From the sequence record PV040721.1: DNA of 44,228 bases; one strand, written 5' to 3'. A program made the translations under genes and the position numbers. This document shows positions 23,202 through 30,730 of this stretch, one piece after another; position 1 is the first letter of the stretch; every line of letters begins with the position of its first letter. The notes beneath the pieces were generated by a model that saw only the letters and a list, made by a program, of their open reading frames with translations, made no database searches and was not told the origin of the DNA. This DNA is from Escherichia phage BUCT825.

Positions 23202-23226
23202 GCCCCGCTTTATGGCGGGGCTTTAC
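23202..23226 (+). terminator. Intrinsic terminator/attenuator (GCCCCGC-TTTATG-GCGGGGC followed by TTTACTTAT) immediately upstream of the Rz RBS
   Basis: 7-bp GC stem plus U-rich tail. Confidence 0.55.
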
Positions 23227-23245
23227 TTATCGAGAAAGGAGAAAC

Positions 23246-23632
23246 ATGAATATTAAAGCAACTGTCGTAGCAGGAGCATGTTACATCATCCTGTTATACA
23301 CGCACGGCTACTATCAATACCGCAGCGGCTGGAACGGAGGCAGGGCTAATCTAGTTTCGCAGCAACAGCAGAAAGCACAGGCTGAGTTAGCGAAGAAAAC
23401 ACAACGGCAGCAGCAGGACGAATCAAAGGCCGCCGCCGCTGACAACGAAGGCAAGACGAAATCAGAGGTGATTACCCGTGAAGTCGTTAAGTACATTAAA
23501 ACGCCTGGCCGCAGCGTGTGCACTTTCGACGATGCTCGCGTCCTGCTCAAGTCCCGCGCCGTCGCAAACGCCAATTCCATCCCCGGATACGACGATGATG
23601 CAGCCGCCATGCAAACTGGCCGCGCCAAGTAG
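23246..23632 (+). CDS. Rz: i-spanin (Rz-like), 128 aa
   Basis: N-terminal TM anchor VVAGACYIILLY, Gln-rich coiled-coil region, overlapping out-of-frame lipoprotein gene. Confidence 0.7.
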   Translation: MNIKATVVAGACYIILLYTHGYYQYRSGWNGGRANLVSQQQQKAQAELAKKTQRQQQDESKAAAADNEGKTKSEVITREVVKYIKTPGRSVCTFDDARVLLKSRAVANANSIPGYDDDAAAMQTGRAK

Positions 23633-23741
23633 CGATGCCGATGAGGATTTAGCCATTGACGTTCAGAACACAGAATGTGTACGGCAACTGCGTCTGAAAG
23701 TGTTCATGTTGCAGGATTACGTGAGGAATATTCTGGAATAG
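23478..23741 (+). CDS. Rz1: o-spanin (Rz1-like lipoprotein), 87 aa, GTG start, overlapping Rz in another frame
   Basis: Signal peptide with lipobox LASC, Pro-rich mature part SSPAPSQTPIPSPD; SD AGAGGTG before GTG. Confidence 0.65.
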   Translation: MKSLSTLKRLAAACALSTMLASCSSPAPSQTPIPSPDTTMMQPPCKLAAPSSDADEDLAIDVQNTECVRQLRLKVFMLQDYVRNILE

Positions 23742-23823
23742 TTGCCTTGCATGTTGGAATAATTTATTCTTGACATGTAAATCCGGGTGGCCCGGGTTCC
23801 AACGTCCAGGGGACATACTGACT

Positions 23824-24525
23824 ATGAATCGTTTTTTACGTTATCCGTTCCAGGAAGAAGCTGGGGCAGAAGATAAAGCTGGTGGCGGTGACGCGCCAAA
23901 AATGTTCACCGCTGAAGAAGTTCAGGCGCTGATTGAGAAAGAAGTAGCCGGGCTTAAGGCCAATCAGGAAGTGTTGCTGGCGGAGAAGAAAGAAGCCGCT
24001 CGTAAAGCAAAAGAGGCCGAAGAAGAACGGCAGCGTGCCCACCAGGAGGCGTTAAAAGCCGCTGGTAAGATGGACGAGTTCGAAAAGACGATTCGTAGCC
24101 AGTATGACCCGGTGTTAGCTGAGAAAGATGGTCGCATCTCCAAAATGGCAGAGCGCATCCTCGGCAGCGAACGTAAAGCGGTGTTAGGCTCTTTCGCGGG
24201 CGACTTTATCACCCCTGAAGCAGTAGACATTCTTGCACCGTTCGTTAAGACTGAGTTCGAAGGCGATGATGTGGTTACTAAGTTTGTCGGCGCAGATGGC
24301 AATGTAATCACAACTGACCCGGAACAGTTCCGTAAATATTTGCGTGAACACAAAGCGTTTTCGCATTTGATTAAAGCAAATGCAGCTTCCGGCGGCGGGG
24401 CTTCCGGTGGCAAAGGCGGCGGGGCCGCACCAGCGTTTAAAGACATGAGTGAAGCAGAGCGTTTAGCCCTGTATAAATCGAACCCTGCCGAATTTGAACG
24501 GCAACTTAAAGCCCTGAGGAAATAA
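23824..24525 (+). CDS. scaffolding protein (about 233 aa)
   Basis: Charged coiled-coil protein immediately upstream of major capsid gene; Gly-rich ASGGGASGGKGGGAA segment. Confidence 0.6.
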   Translation: MNRFLRYPFQEEAGAEDKAGGGDAPKMFTAEEVQALIEKEVAGLKANQEVLLAEKKEAARKAKEAEEERQRAHQEALKAAGKMDEFEKTIRSQYDPVLAEKDGRISKMAERILGSERKAVLGSFAGDFITPEAVDILAPFVKTEFEGDDVVTKFVGADGNVITTDPEQFRKYLREHKAFSHLIKANAASGGGASGGKGGGAAPAFKDMSEAERLALYKSNPAEFERQLKALRK

Positions 24526-24527
24526 TA

Positions 24528-25577
24528 ATGGCAATTACTACTATCGGCGATATCGTAACTGGCAACATCCCGGTCCTGGCGTCTTATATGACCGAGGACC
24601 CGGTAGAAAAAACCGCGTTCTTCCAGTCTGGTATTCTGACCCCGACCCCATACGCTGCCGAGATTGCCCGCGGCCCGTCCAACATCGCTAATATTCCTTT
24701 CTGGAAAGCGATTGATACCTCTATCGAGCCAAACTACTCGAACGACGTATACCAGGATATCGCTACCCCGCGTAACGTGCGGACCGGTGAGATGATGGCA
24801 CGCGTTGCATACCTGAACGAAGGTTTCGGCCAGGCGGACCTGACTGTCGAACTGACCAGCCAGAACCCGCTGCAATCAGTAGCTTCTCGCCTGGATAACT
24901 TCTGGCAGCGCCAGGCACAACGCCGTCTGATTGCCACCGCGCTCGGTCTGTACAATGACAACGTGGCCGCTACCGACGCATACCACGAGCAGAACGACAT
25001 GGTGATCGACGTGTCCGCTACTAAAGGCTTCGACGCGGGCGCGTTCATCGACGCTACCCAGACTATGGGTGATGCGCTGATGGGCAACGGCGGTGAAGTG
25101 CTGGGCGCTATCGCAATGCACAGCTTCGTTTATGCGCAGGCCCGTAAGCAGCAGCTTATTGACTTCATCAAAAACGCTGACAACGATACCCTGTTCGCCA
25201 CCTACCAGGGCTACCGCGTGATTGTTGATGACAGCATGACGGTAGTTGGTACAGGCCCGAGCCGTAAGTTCATCTCCATCATCTTCGGCAACGGCGCTAT
25301 CGGTTACGGCGAAGGTAACCCGAAAAATCCGCTGGCATATGAGCGCGAAGAGTCCCGCGGCAATGGTGGCGGTGTCGAAACCTTGTGGACCCGTAAGACC
25401 TGGTTACTGCACCCACTGGGCTACAGCTTCACCAGCGCGGTAATCACCGGTAACGGCACCGAGACTATCGCACGTTCTGCTTCCTGGCAGGACCTGGCGA
25501 ACGCCTCCAACTGGAACCGTGTGGTTGAACGTAAGCACGTACCGATTGCCTTCCTGGTGACTGGTGCAGGTGCTTAA
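24528..25577 (+). CDS. major capsid protein (349 aa)
   Basis: Position after scaffold, strong terminator downstream, size typical of HK97-fold coat proteins. Confidence 0.75.
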   Translation: MAITTIGDIVTGNIPVLASYMTEDPVEKTAFFQSGILTPTPYAAEIARGPSNIANIPFWKAIDTSIEPNYSNDVYQDIATPRNVRTGEMMARVAYLNEGFGQADLTVELTSQNPLQSVASRLDNFWQRQAQRRLIATALGLYNDNVAATDAYHEQNDMVIDVSATKGFDAGAFIDATQTMGDALMGNGGEVLGAIAMHSFVYAQARKQQLIDFIKNADNDTLFATYQGYRVIVDDSMTVVGTGPSRKFISIIFGNGAIGYGEGNPKNPLAYEREESRGNGGGVETLWTRKTWLLHPLGYSFTSAVITGNGTETIARSASWQDLANASNWNRVVERKHVPIAFLVTGAGA

Positions 25578-25593
25578 GGTTAAGCTATAATCG

Positions 25594-25620
25594 AGAGGGA
25601 CTTCGGTCCCTCTTTTCATT
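25594..25620 (+). terminator. Intrinsic terminator (AGAGGGAC-TTCG-GTCCCTCT followed by TTTCATTT)
   Basis: 8-bp stem, UUCG loop, U-rich tail. Confidence 0.7.
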
Positions 25621-25638
25621 TACTAAGAGGATTCCTAA

Positions 25639-25980
25639 ATGGCAGACGTATTGAAGCGACGCATCACCGGCGTCTCCGCTGACACCCCGGGTGCTAAGAT
25701 TGACATGGCGACTATTTCTCCTGCGTCTTTCTCTTCCGCGCTGGCGGCTACTACCGCAGTGACCACAGGTGAAACTATGACGCTGACCGTAACGGTAGCC
25801 GGCGGTCTGGAGCCATATTATTACCAGTGGTATAAGAATAACAACGCTATCGCCGGGGCAAACGCTGCTTCCTATGCGAAGGCGTCCACTACTACCGCAG
25901 ATTCAGGCACGTATAAAGTGGTTGTTCACGATGTGTATGGTAATATTATCTCCAGCAGCACTGTAGCAACTGTGTCTTAA
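25639..25980 (+). CDS. Ig-like (I-set-like) domain protein, 113 aa
   Basis: EPYYYQWYKNNNAI...DSGTYKVVVHDVYG Ig-like signature. Confidence 0.6.
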   Translation: MADVLKRRITGVSADTPGAKIDMATISPASFSSALAATTAVTTGETMTLTVTVAGGLEPYYYQWYKNNNAIAGANAASYAKASTTTADSGTYKVVVHDVYGNIISSSTVATVS

Positions 25981-26016
25981 TACAACGGCCCTTCGGGGCC
26001 GTAATAGGGAAAGGTC

Positions 26017-26196
26017 ATGGCAGATAATTATGTAATCCGCGAAAAATACACCCACGTTGACATTGTTGACGGCCAGGTGATGCCTGTTCGCGGTGCTGTA
26101 GAAGCGGATGAACTGGTTGAGACTCAACCAGACAACGAAGAAGCGCACAACAACGGTGGTGGTACTAAGCGTCGTCGCCGTAAGTCGGAGGAATAA
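26017..26196 (+). CDS. small protein with basic C-terminus (59 aa)
   Basis: Manual translation MADNYVIREKYTHVDIVDGQVMPVRGAVEADELVETQPDNEEAHNNGGGTKRRRRKSEE; SD GGGAAAGG. Confidence 0.4.
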   Translation: MADNYVIREKYTHVDIVDGQVMPVRGAVEADELVETQPDNEEAHNNGGGTKRRRRKSEE

Positions 26197-26199
26197 TTC

Positions 26200-26712
26200 A
26201 TGCCGCTAATCGTGGAAACTGGGGCAATCGTCCCGAATGCCGACAGTTACATTAGTCTGGCTGACGCCCGCGCGTTAGCGGCTAATTACGGTCTTGAGTT
26301 ACCCGCCGATGACATTGATGCTGAAGTTGCCTTACGCAACGGCGCTACCTATGTCGGGCTTGCAGAGCCGCAGATGTGTGGTCGTCGAGTATCTGCCGAA
26401 CAGTCTCTTGCGTACCCGCGCACCGGTGTTACGTTGAATGGTTTCCCTGTAGCGAACAATGTCATCCCGAAGCAGGTTATTCTTGCGCAGGTAATCGCCG
26501 CGGTCACCTATGGTGCAGGTACTGAAGTACGGGCTAACTCAGATGGTCGCGCCGTGCAGACGGAGCGTGTTGAGGGTGCAGTGACAGTGACGTACTTCAA
26601 CAACGGCAACAGTGGAGCTACGACCACGATTACCGCAGCGGACGACGCCTTACGCCCGTTACTGTGTGGCGGTCTTAACAATGGCTTCTCGTTTAACGTG
26701 TACCGGGGTTAA
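26200..26712 (+). CDS. head-tail connector/adaptor protein (gp6-like), 170 aa
   Basis: N-terminal SYISLADARALAANYGLELPADD resembles head-tail connector family signature; strong SD GGAGGAA. Confidence 0.5.
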   Translation: MPLIVETGAIVPNADSYISLADARALAANYGLELPADDIDAEVALRNGATYVGLAEPQMCGRRVSAEQSLAYPRTGVTLNGFPVANNVIPKQVILAQVIAAVTYGAGTEVRANSDGRAVQTERVEGAVTVTYFNNGNSGATTTITAADDALRPLLCGGLNNGFSFNVYRG

Positions 26713-26714
26713 AA

Positions 26715-27329
26715 ATGGCGAAGACTAAAACAGAGATGTTTACCCTTATCGGTGCAAATCTTCCCGATAACACCACCGGACTTATTACCCCCGCCGCATT
26801 GCGCGAGGTAATGACTCAGATGGCTGACTCGCCTATTTACGCAACTCCTGGAGTGAAAGAGGTTGAAGTTCTTCGCGCCGCGTCTACTGTAACCCAAGCT
26901 CCTACCGCGGTAAATACAGCACTGCAGTTAACTTTCGGCTCTGCTCAGGGTAGCGCATCCGACCCTGTAATGATTAATGCTGCGGGGCTGGTTACGTTCA
27001 ACACCGCTTGGAACTATGCCGTTCGCATCAAGTTACAGGCCGGGCGCACTGGTGCTAGTGGGACATCCATCCTGCTATCACGTATTTTAGTAAACGGTGC
27101 TCAGTACGGCTCGCCCGCCGCCACGAAACTAGTCAGCGCCGACACAACAATTCCTATTGAATCACGCGTCGTTATTAACCCGACCGCTGGCCAGACGTTT
27201 GCCGTTCAGATTATGCGGGATAGCGCCGGAAGCAACTTCGGCGGCGTGTACCCGCAAGCGGCTACCGTAACTGCATGGGGTACAGCACCGTCAGCATTAC
27301 TGGTTATCTCGAGACTGGAGGCCGCCTGA
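26715..27329 (+). CDS. virion structural protein (204 aa)
   Basis: Position in head-tail joining region; overlapping start/stop. Confidence 0.45.
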   Translation: MAKTKTEMFTLIGANLPDNTTGLITPAALREVMTQMADSPIYATPGVKEVEVLRAASTVTQAPTAVNTALQLTFGSAQGSASDPVMINAAGLVTFNTAWNYAVRIKLQAGRTGASGTSILLSRILVNGAQYGSPAATKLVSADTTIPIESRVVINPTAGQTFAVQIMRDSAGSNFGGVYPQAATVTAWGTAPSALLVISRLEAA

Positions 27330-27688
27330 TGAGCACCGCTTTCAGTAAGCGTATGCAAGGCGTGGGTACGCGCCTGCTAACTAAATTCGGTAGCACGGTA
27401 TCTCTGATTCGCGCTGGCTCAAAAGTGTGGGATGAAGTTCTCGGTGAATATGTCTGGTCTGACGATGAAGTGTTGCCGTTGAAGGCCGTTCCAGTTCCGG
27501 TAAACGCAGGACTGGTGAACGGTACGACTATTCAGGCAGGCGACATGATTGTTAAAGCGGATTGCAGCGTCGTTCCGAAGATGGAAGACAAGGTGCAATT
27601 CGGCGGCGAGCAATGGTCTGTCGTAGCCATTGAGAAGAAGATGGTTAACGATGATGTCGTGGCCTACTTTATCCAGGTGAGAAAATGA
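27329..27688 (+). CDS. head-tail joining protein (about 120 aa)
   Basis: ATGA overlap at 27329; position. Confidence 0.45.
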   Translation: MSTAFSKRMQGVGTRLLTKFGSTVSLIRAGSKVWDEVLGEYVWSDDEVLPLKAVPVPVNAGLVNGTTIQAGDMIVKADCSVVPKMEDKVQFGGEQWSVVAIEKKMVNDDVVAYFIQVRK

Positions 27689-28080
27689 GTTTCGCGCTCG
27701 ATGTCTCTAAGTTCGTGGAAAAGGCGAAGAAGAACCCCGAGAAGGTGATGCGTCAGGTGTCTATCAAGTTGTTTTCCGCTATTATAAAGGCGAGTCCGGT
27801 AGATACTGGCCGCTTTCGTATGAACTGGATGGCGTCTGGCGGTATTCCTGCTTCTGGAGTTACAGATGCTACCGATAAATCAGGAAACACGGCAACCGGA
27901 AACGCCACGAGTTTCGTACTGAAAGCCGCCGACTGGCGCGAGTTCACGCTGACAAATAATCTGCCGTATGCACAACGGCTGGAGTATGGCTGGTCGCAAC
28001 AGGCACCCGCCGGGGTGGTCAGGACTAACGTGTCCCGCTTCCAGCAACTCATTAACGAAGAAGCCAACAAGGTGAAATGA
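27685..28080 (+). CDS. tail completion/neck protein (HK97 gp10-like), 131 aa
   Basis: PVDTGRFRMNW motif. Confidence 0.5.
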   Translation: MSFALDVSKFVEKAKKNPEKVMRQVSIKLFSAIIKASPVDTGRFRMNWMASGGIPASGVTDATDKSGNTATGNATSFVLKAADWREFTLTNNLPYAQRLEYGWSQQAPAGVVRTNVSRFQQLINEEANKVK

Positions 28081-28493
28081 TGGGCTACTTTGAGGACTTA
28101 ACAAAAGCGTTTGATGTGCCGCTGGTAGCCTTCGGAACCGCCAACGGCATCAAAGTCGCGCTTGAAAATATCGGCGCACCGACGTCAACCGATACACCAT
28201 ATCTGGCAAGTTACATGTTGCTGGCGGATACGGAACAGGCGGATTTGTTCTTCACGGAACAACGCGCTGGCGTCTATCAGGTAGATATTAACTACGCATC
28301 GGTGAAAGGTAGCGCGCCAATCAATAAAATGGCAGACTTACTTAACACGGCGTTTAAAGCAGGTAAGTCATTTTCACGTAACGACATCTGCGCCGAGGTT
28401 CAATCGGTTAGCCTGGGGCCGCTGATTGTAGAAAACGGATGGGCCAAACGACCATTGTCAATTAACTTTATTGCATTCACCAAGAGGCTGTGA
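28077..28493 (+). CDS. tail terminator-like protein (138 aa)
   Basis: Position immediately upstream of major tail gene. Confidence 0.45.
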   Translation: MMGYFEDLTKAFDVPLVAFGTANGIKVALENIGAPTSTDTPYLASYMLLADTEQADLFFTEQRAGVYQVDINYASVKGSAPINKMADLLNTAFKAGKSFSRNDICAEVQSVSLGPLIVENGWAKRPLSINFIAFTKRL

Positions 28494-29662
28494 ATATGGC
28501 TACAACTCCTTTTAAGGGCGCGAATACTGCGCAATTCTATGTGGCAGAAACTATCCCCGGCGTAACACCAAGTAACCCGGTCTGGTCGCCATTGCGCAAT
28601 ACGGGCGGCGTTCCCGCCATTACCCGCGACACGCTGACCTCCAACGAACTGGACGGCAGCCGTGAAACTACGTCCATCCGCACCGGTAACAAACAGGTTA
28701 GCGGGGAATACGCCATCGAGCTTAGCTCGAAAAGCCAGGACGACTGGTTAGCTGGGGCTTTAGGTTCTACGTGGCAATCCGGTGTTTCTCTGTCCGGTCT
28801 GTCTATTACCGTCGCCCCGGCGGGAAAGACGTTCACCCGTGCTGATGGCAGCTTTATTACCGACGGCGTTGAAGTGGGTGACCTGATTGCGTTTACCGAC
28901 TTAACGGGTGATAACGCCAAACCGTTTATTGTTACTGCAGTAACGGCTACGGTTGTTACTGGTGCGGGCATCCAACACACCCTGACCACCGAGACAAAAA
29001 CTAGTAAGGCTAAAACTGGCGACACGTTGGAAACCGGTAACGCGTGTAAGACGTTCTCTATCCTTACCTGGTACAAAGGCCAGTGCGGCGGTACTGACGC
29101 GTACACGTTAACCAAAGGCGTGGAAGTTTCTGGTTTTACCATCGAACAGGCTGTTAACGCGATGGTAACTGGCAGCTTCCCATTCATCGGTCGCAGTCAG
29201 GAGATTCTCACTACGCCGCCGACCGGTTCCAACTTCTCATCTGTTACTTTTGGTGATGAGCCGTTCTCTTCGGTTGACGTTTCCGTGTTCGACGGCTCTA
29301 CGCCGTTGCGTTGCGACAGTCTGACTATCACCAACGATAACAGCGCGTCCGCGCAGTTCGAACTTGGTAACACTAACGTAGCGTTTGTGGAGCGTAGCCG
29401 TGCAGCTAACACCTTCTCCATCTCCGGTAAGCTGTATGACATGGCGATGATTCAGAAGTTTATCAACGAGCAGCAGGTAGAGATTAACTCCATTCTGGCG
29501 GGGGTAAACGGGGCTATGTCTTTCAGTTTGAAACGTGCAGAGCTTACGGCGGTCACACCTGAGATTGGTGGCCCTGAGTCAATCACTCAGTCTATTGAAG
29601 GCCAGGCCACCGGCAACCAGTACCAGTCGTCTATCGTAATTCAACGTATTAGTTACGCGTAA
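28490..29662 (+). CDS. major tail (tube) protein, 390 aa
   Basis: Large Thr/Ser/Gly-rich protein followed by strong terminator; position before chaperone/TMP block. Confidence 0.55.
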   Translation: MNMATTPFKGANTAQFYVAETIPGVTPSNPVWSPLRNTGGVPAITRDTLTSNELDGSRETTSIRTGNKQVSGEYAIELSSKSQDDWLAGALGSTWQSGVSLSGLSITVAPAGKTFTRADGSFITDGVEVGDLIAFTDLTGDNAKPFIVTAVTATVVTGAGIQHTLTTETKTSKAKTGDTLETGNACKTFSILTWYKGQCGGTDAYTLTKGVEVSGFTIEQAVNAMVTGSFPFIGRSQEILTTPPTGSNFSSVTFGDEPFSSVDVSVFDGSTPLRCDSLTITNDNSASAQFELGNTNVAFVERSRAANTFSISGKLYDMAMIQKFINEQQVEINSILAGVNGAMSFSLKRAELTAVTPEIGGPESITQSIEGQATGNQYQSSIVIQRISYA

Positions 29663-29666
29663 AACT

Positions 29667-29690
29667 AAGGCCCCGAAAGGGGCCTTTTCC
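29667..29690. terminator. Bidirectional intrinsic terminator (AAGGCCCC-GAAA-GGGGCCTT) between convergent tail-tube and kinase genes
   Basis: 8-bp stem flanked by A-run upstream and T-run downstream; near-identical copy at 42199-42222. Confidence 0.7.
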
Positions 29691-30245
29691 CTACAAACCT
29701 AATTTTAAAGCAATGTCTATAACGTTCGATTTAACGTCACCTGGTATGATGTAGGTGTCGTAATCTTTTACACCATCAACGCCATACAGATAGCCACGGC
29801 TGTCCCCTTCAAACGTATAGCCGTCTCTGTGCAAGCGAACAATTCTTACGTCATGCCCAGCGGCGACGATAGGGACCACTTCACTGGCGAATCCACCGTC
29901 GGACACTACAAAAACTTCGTCGCCGTCAGGCAAGTTTTCAGCGAGATATTTACCGAAATAATCGCTGCCGAGGGCCGGTTTAATGAATTGTTCAGAGATA
30001 GCAATCATGAACCGACGGCGCGACAACCCATTAAGGAAACCTTCTGGCTTTTCTTTCCTGGCCCGGTCGTCGTAGCCGTCGAGAAACTCGTGGTAAGCAT
30101 CCGGGCCTAACGCAGCCATAGCGATATTGAACATCGGATTCTTGAAACTGGTAGTTCCTTTCGCAAAGCCCATTTCTACCAGTGCCATAGCAAGCGTGTC
30201 TTTCCCGCAACCCGCAGGGCCATTAAGAATAATTACCTTAGCCAT
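29691..30245 (-). CDS. P-loop nucleotide kinase, T4 Dnk-like (dNMP kinase family), 184 aa
   Basis: Walker A ILNGPAGCGKDT resembles T4 Dnk LSGVKRSGKDT; start overlaps HAD stop by 1 nt. Confidence 0.7.
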   Translation of the reverse strand: MAKVIILNGPAGCGKDTLAMALVEMGFAKGTTSFKNPMFNIAMAALGPDAYHEFLDGYDDRARKEKPEGFLNGLSRRRFMIAISEQFIKPALGSDYFGKYLAENLPDGDEVFVVSDGGFASEVVPIVAAGHDVRIVRLHRDGYTFEGDSRGYLYGVDGVKDYDTYIIPGDVKSNVIDIALKLGL

Positions 30246-30730
30246 TATTTATCGCTCCCATGTGGTTTTAAGTGTGTAGAGTTCCCGTTACAGTCGTATT
30301 CAGTAACCGCGTGAGTGGTTATGCCGAGTTCGCGGAAATGCTTTATTACCGCTGGCGAGTCGTCGAATGCACACAAGATTCTTTCCAGCCCAATAGCACG
30401 CAACACCTCTTCTTTAATTACGATGTCTTTTCTGTTGTCGTGTTTGCTGCGCATGATTAGCTGATAAAATTCGACGCGGTGGCGCTGCAACCACATTCTG
30501 GTTTCTTTTTCTGCATCATCACTACGGCCCGTTAAAATGATAACGGCATAGCGACGATTGAGGGCGTTACACAGTTCTATGTTATCTCTAATTGGTTCAT
30601 CATCTTTGCACGCCATGTTAAAGGGCTTCCACGCCCATGTTTCGTTGTAGTTATCTTTCGGCAGCAGGTGCAAACGATGTGTCCCATCCGCCAATGTCCC
30701 GTCTAAATCGAAAATTACAATATCTTTCAT
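30245..30730 (-). CDS. HAD-family phosphatase resembling the T4 Pnkp 3'-phosphatase domain, 161 aa
   Basis: Motif I IFDLDGTLA; ILTGR; KDIVIKEEV; FDDSP pattern parallels T4 Pnkp IFDVDGTLA / VVVSGR / KDDVVKEEI / IDDR. Confidence 0.7.
   Translation of the reverse strand: MKDIVIFDLDGTLADGTHRLHLLPKDNYNETWAWKPFNMACKDDEPIRDNIELCNALNRRYAVIILTGRSDDAEKETRMWLQRHRVEFYQLIMRSKHDNRKDIVIKEEVLRAIGLERILCAFDDSPAVIKHFRELGITTHAVTEYDCNGNSTHLKPHGSDK

Noticed and set aside
23964-24875. 303-aa minus-strand ORF spanning scaffold and capsid genes
   Set aside because: Antisense to two well-supported late genes and crossing their boundary; low-complexity product, no start signals.
25986-26001. Hairpin CGGCCC-TTCG-GGGCCG after the Ig-like gene, considered as a terminator
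   Set aside because: Stable stem but followed by TAATAGGG rather than a U-tract; more likely an RNA stability element than an efficient intrinsic terminator.
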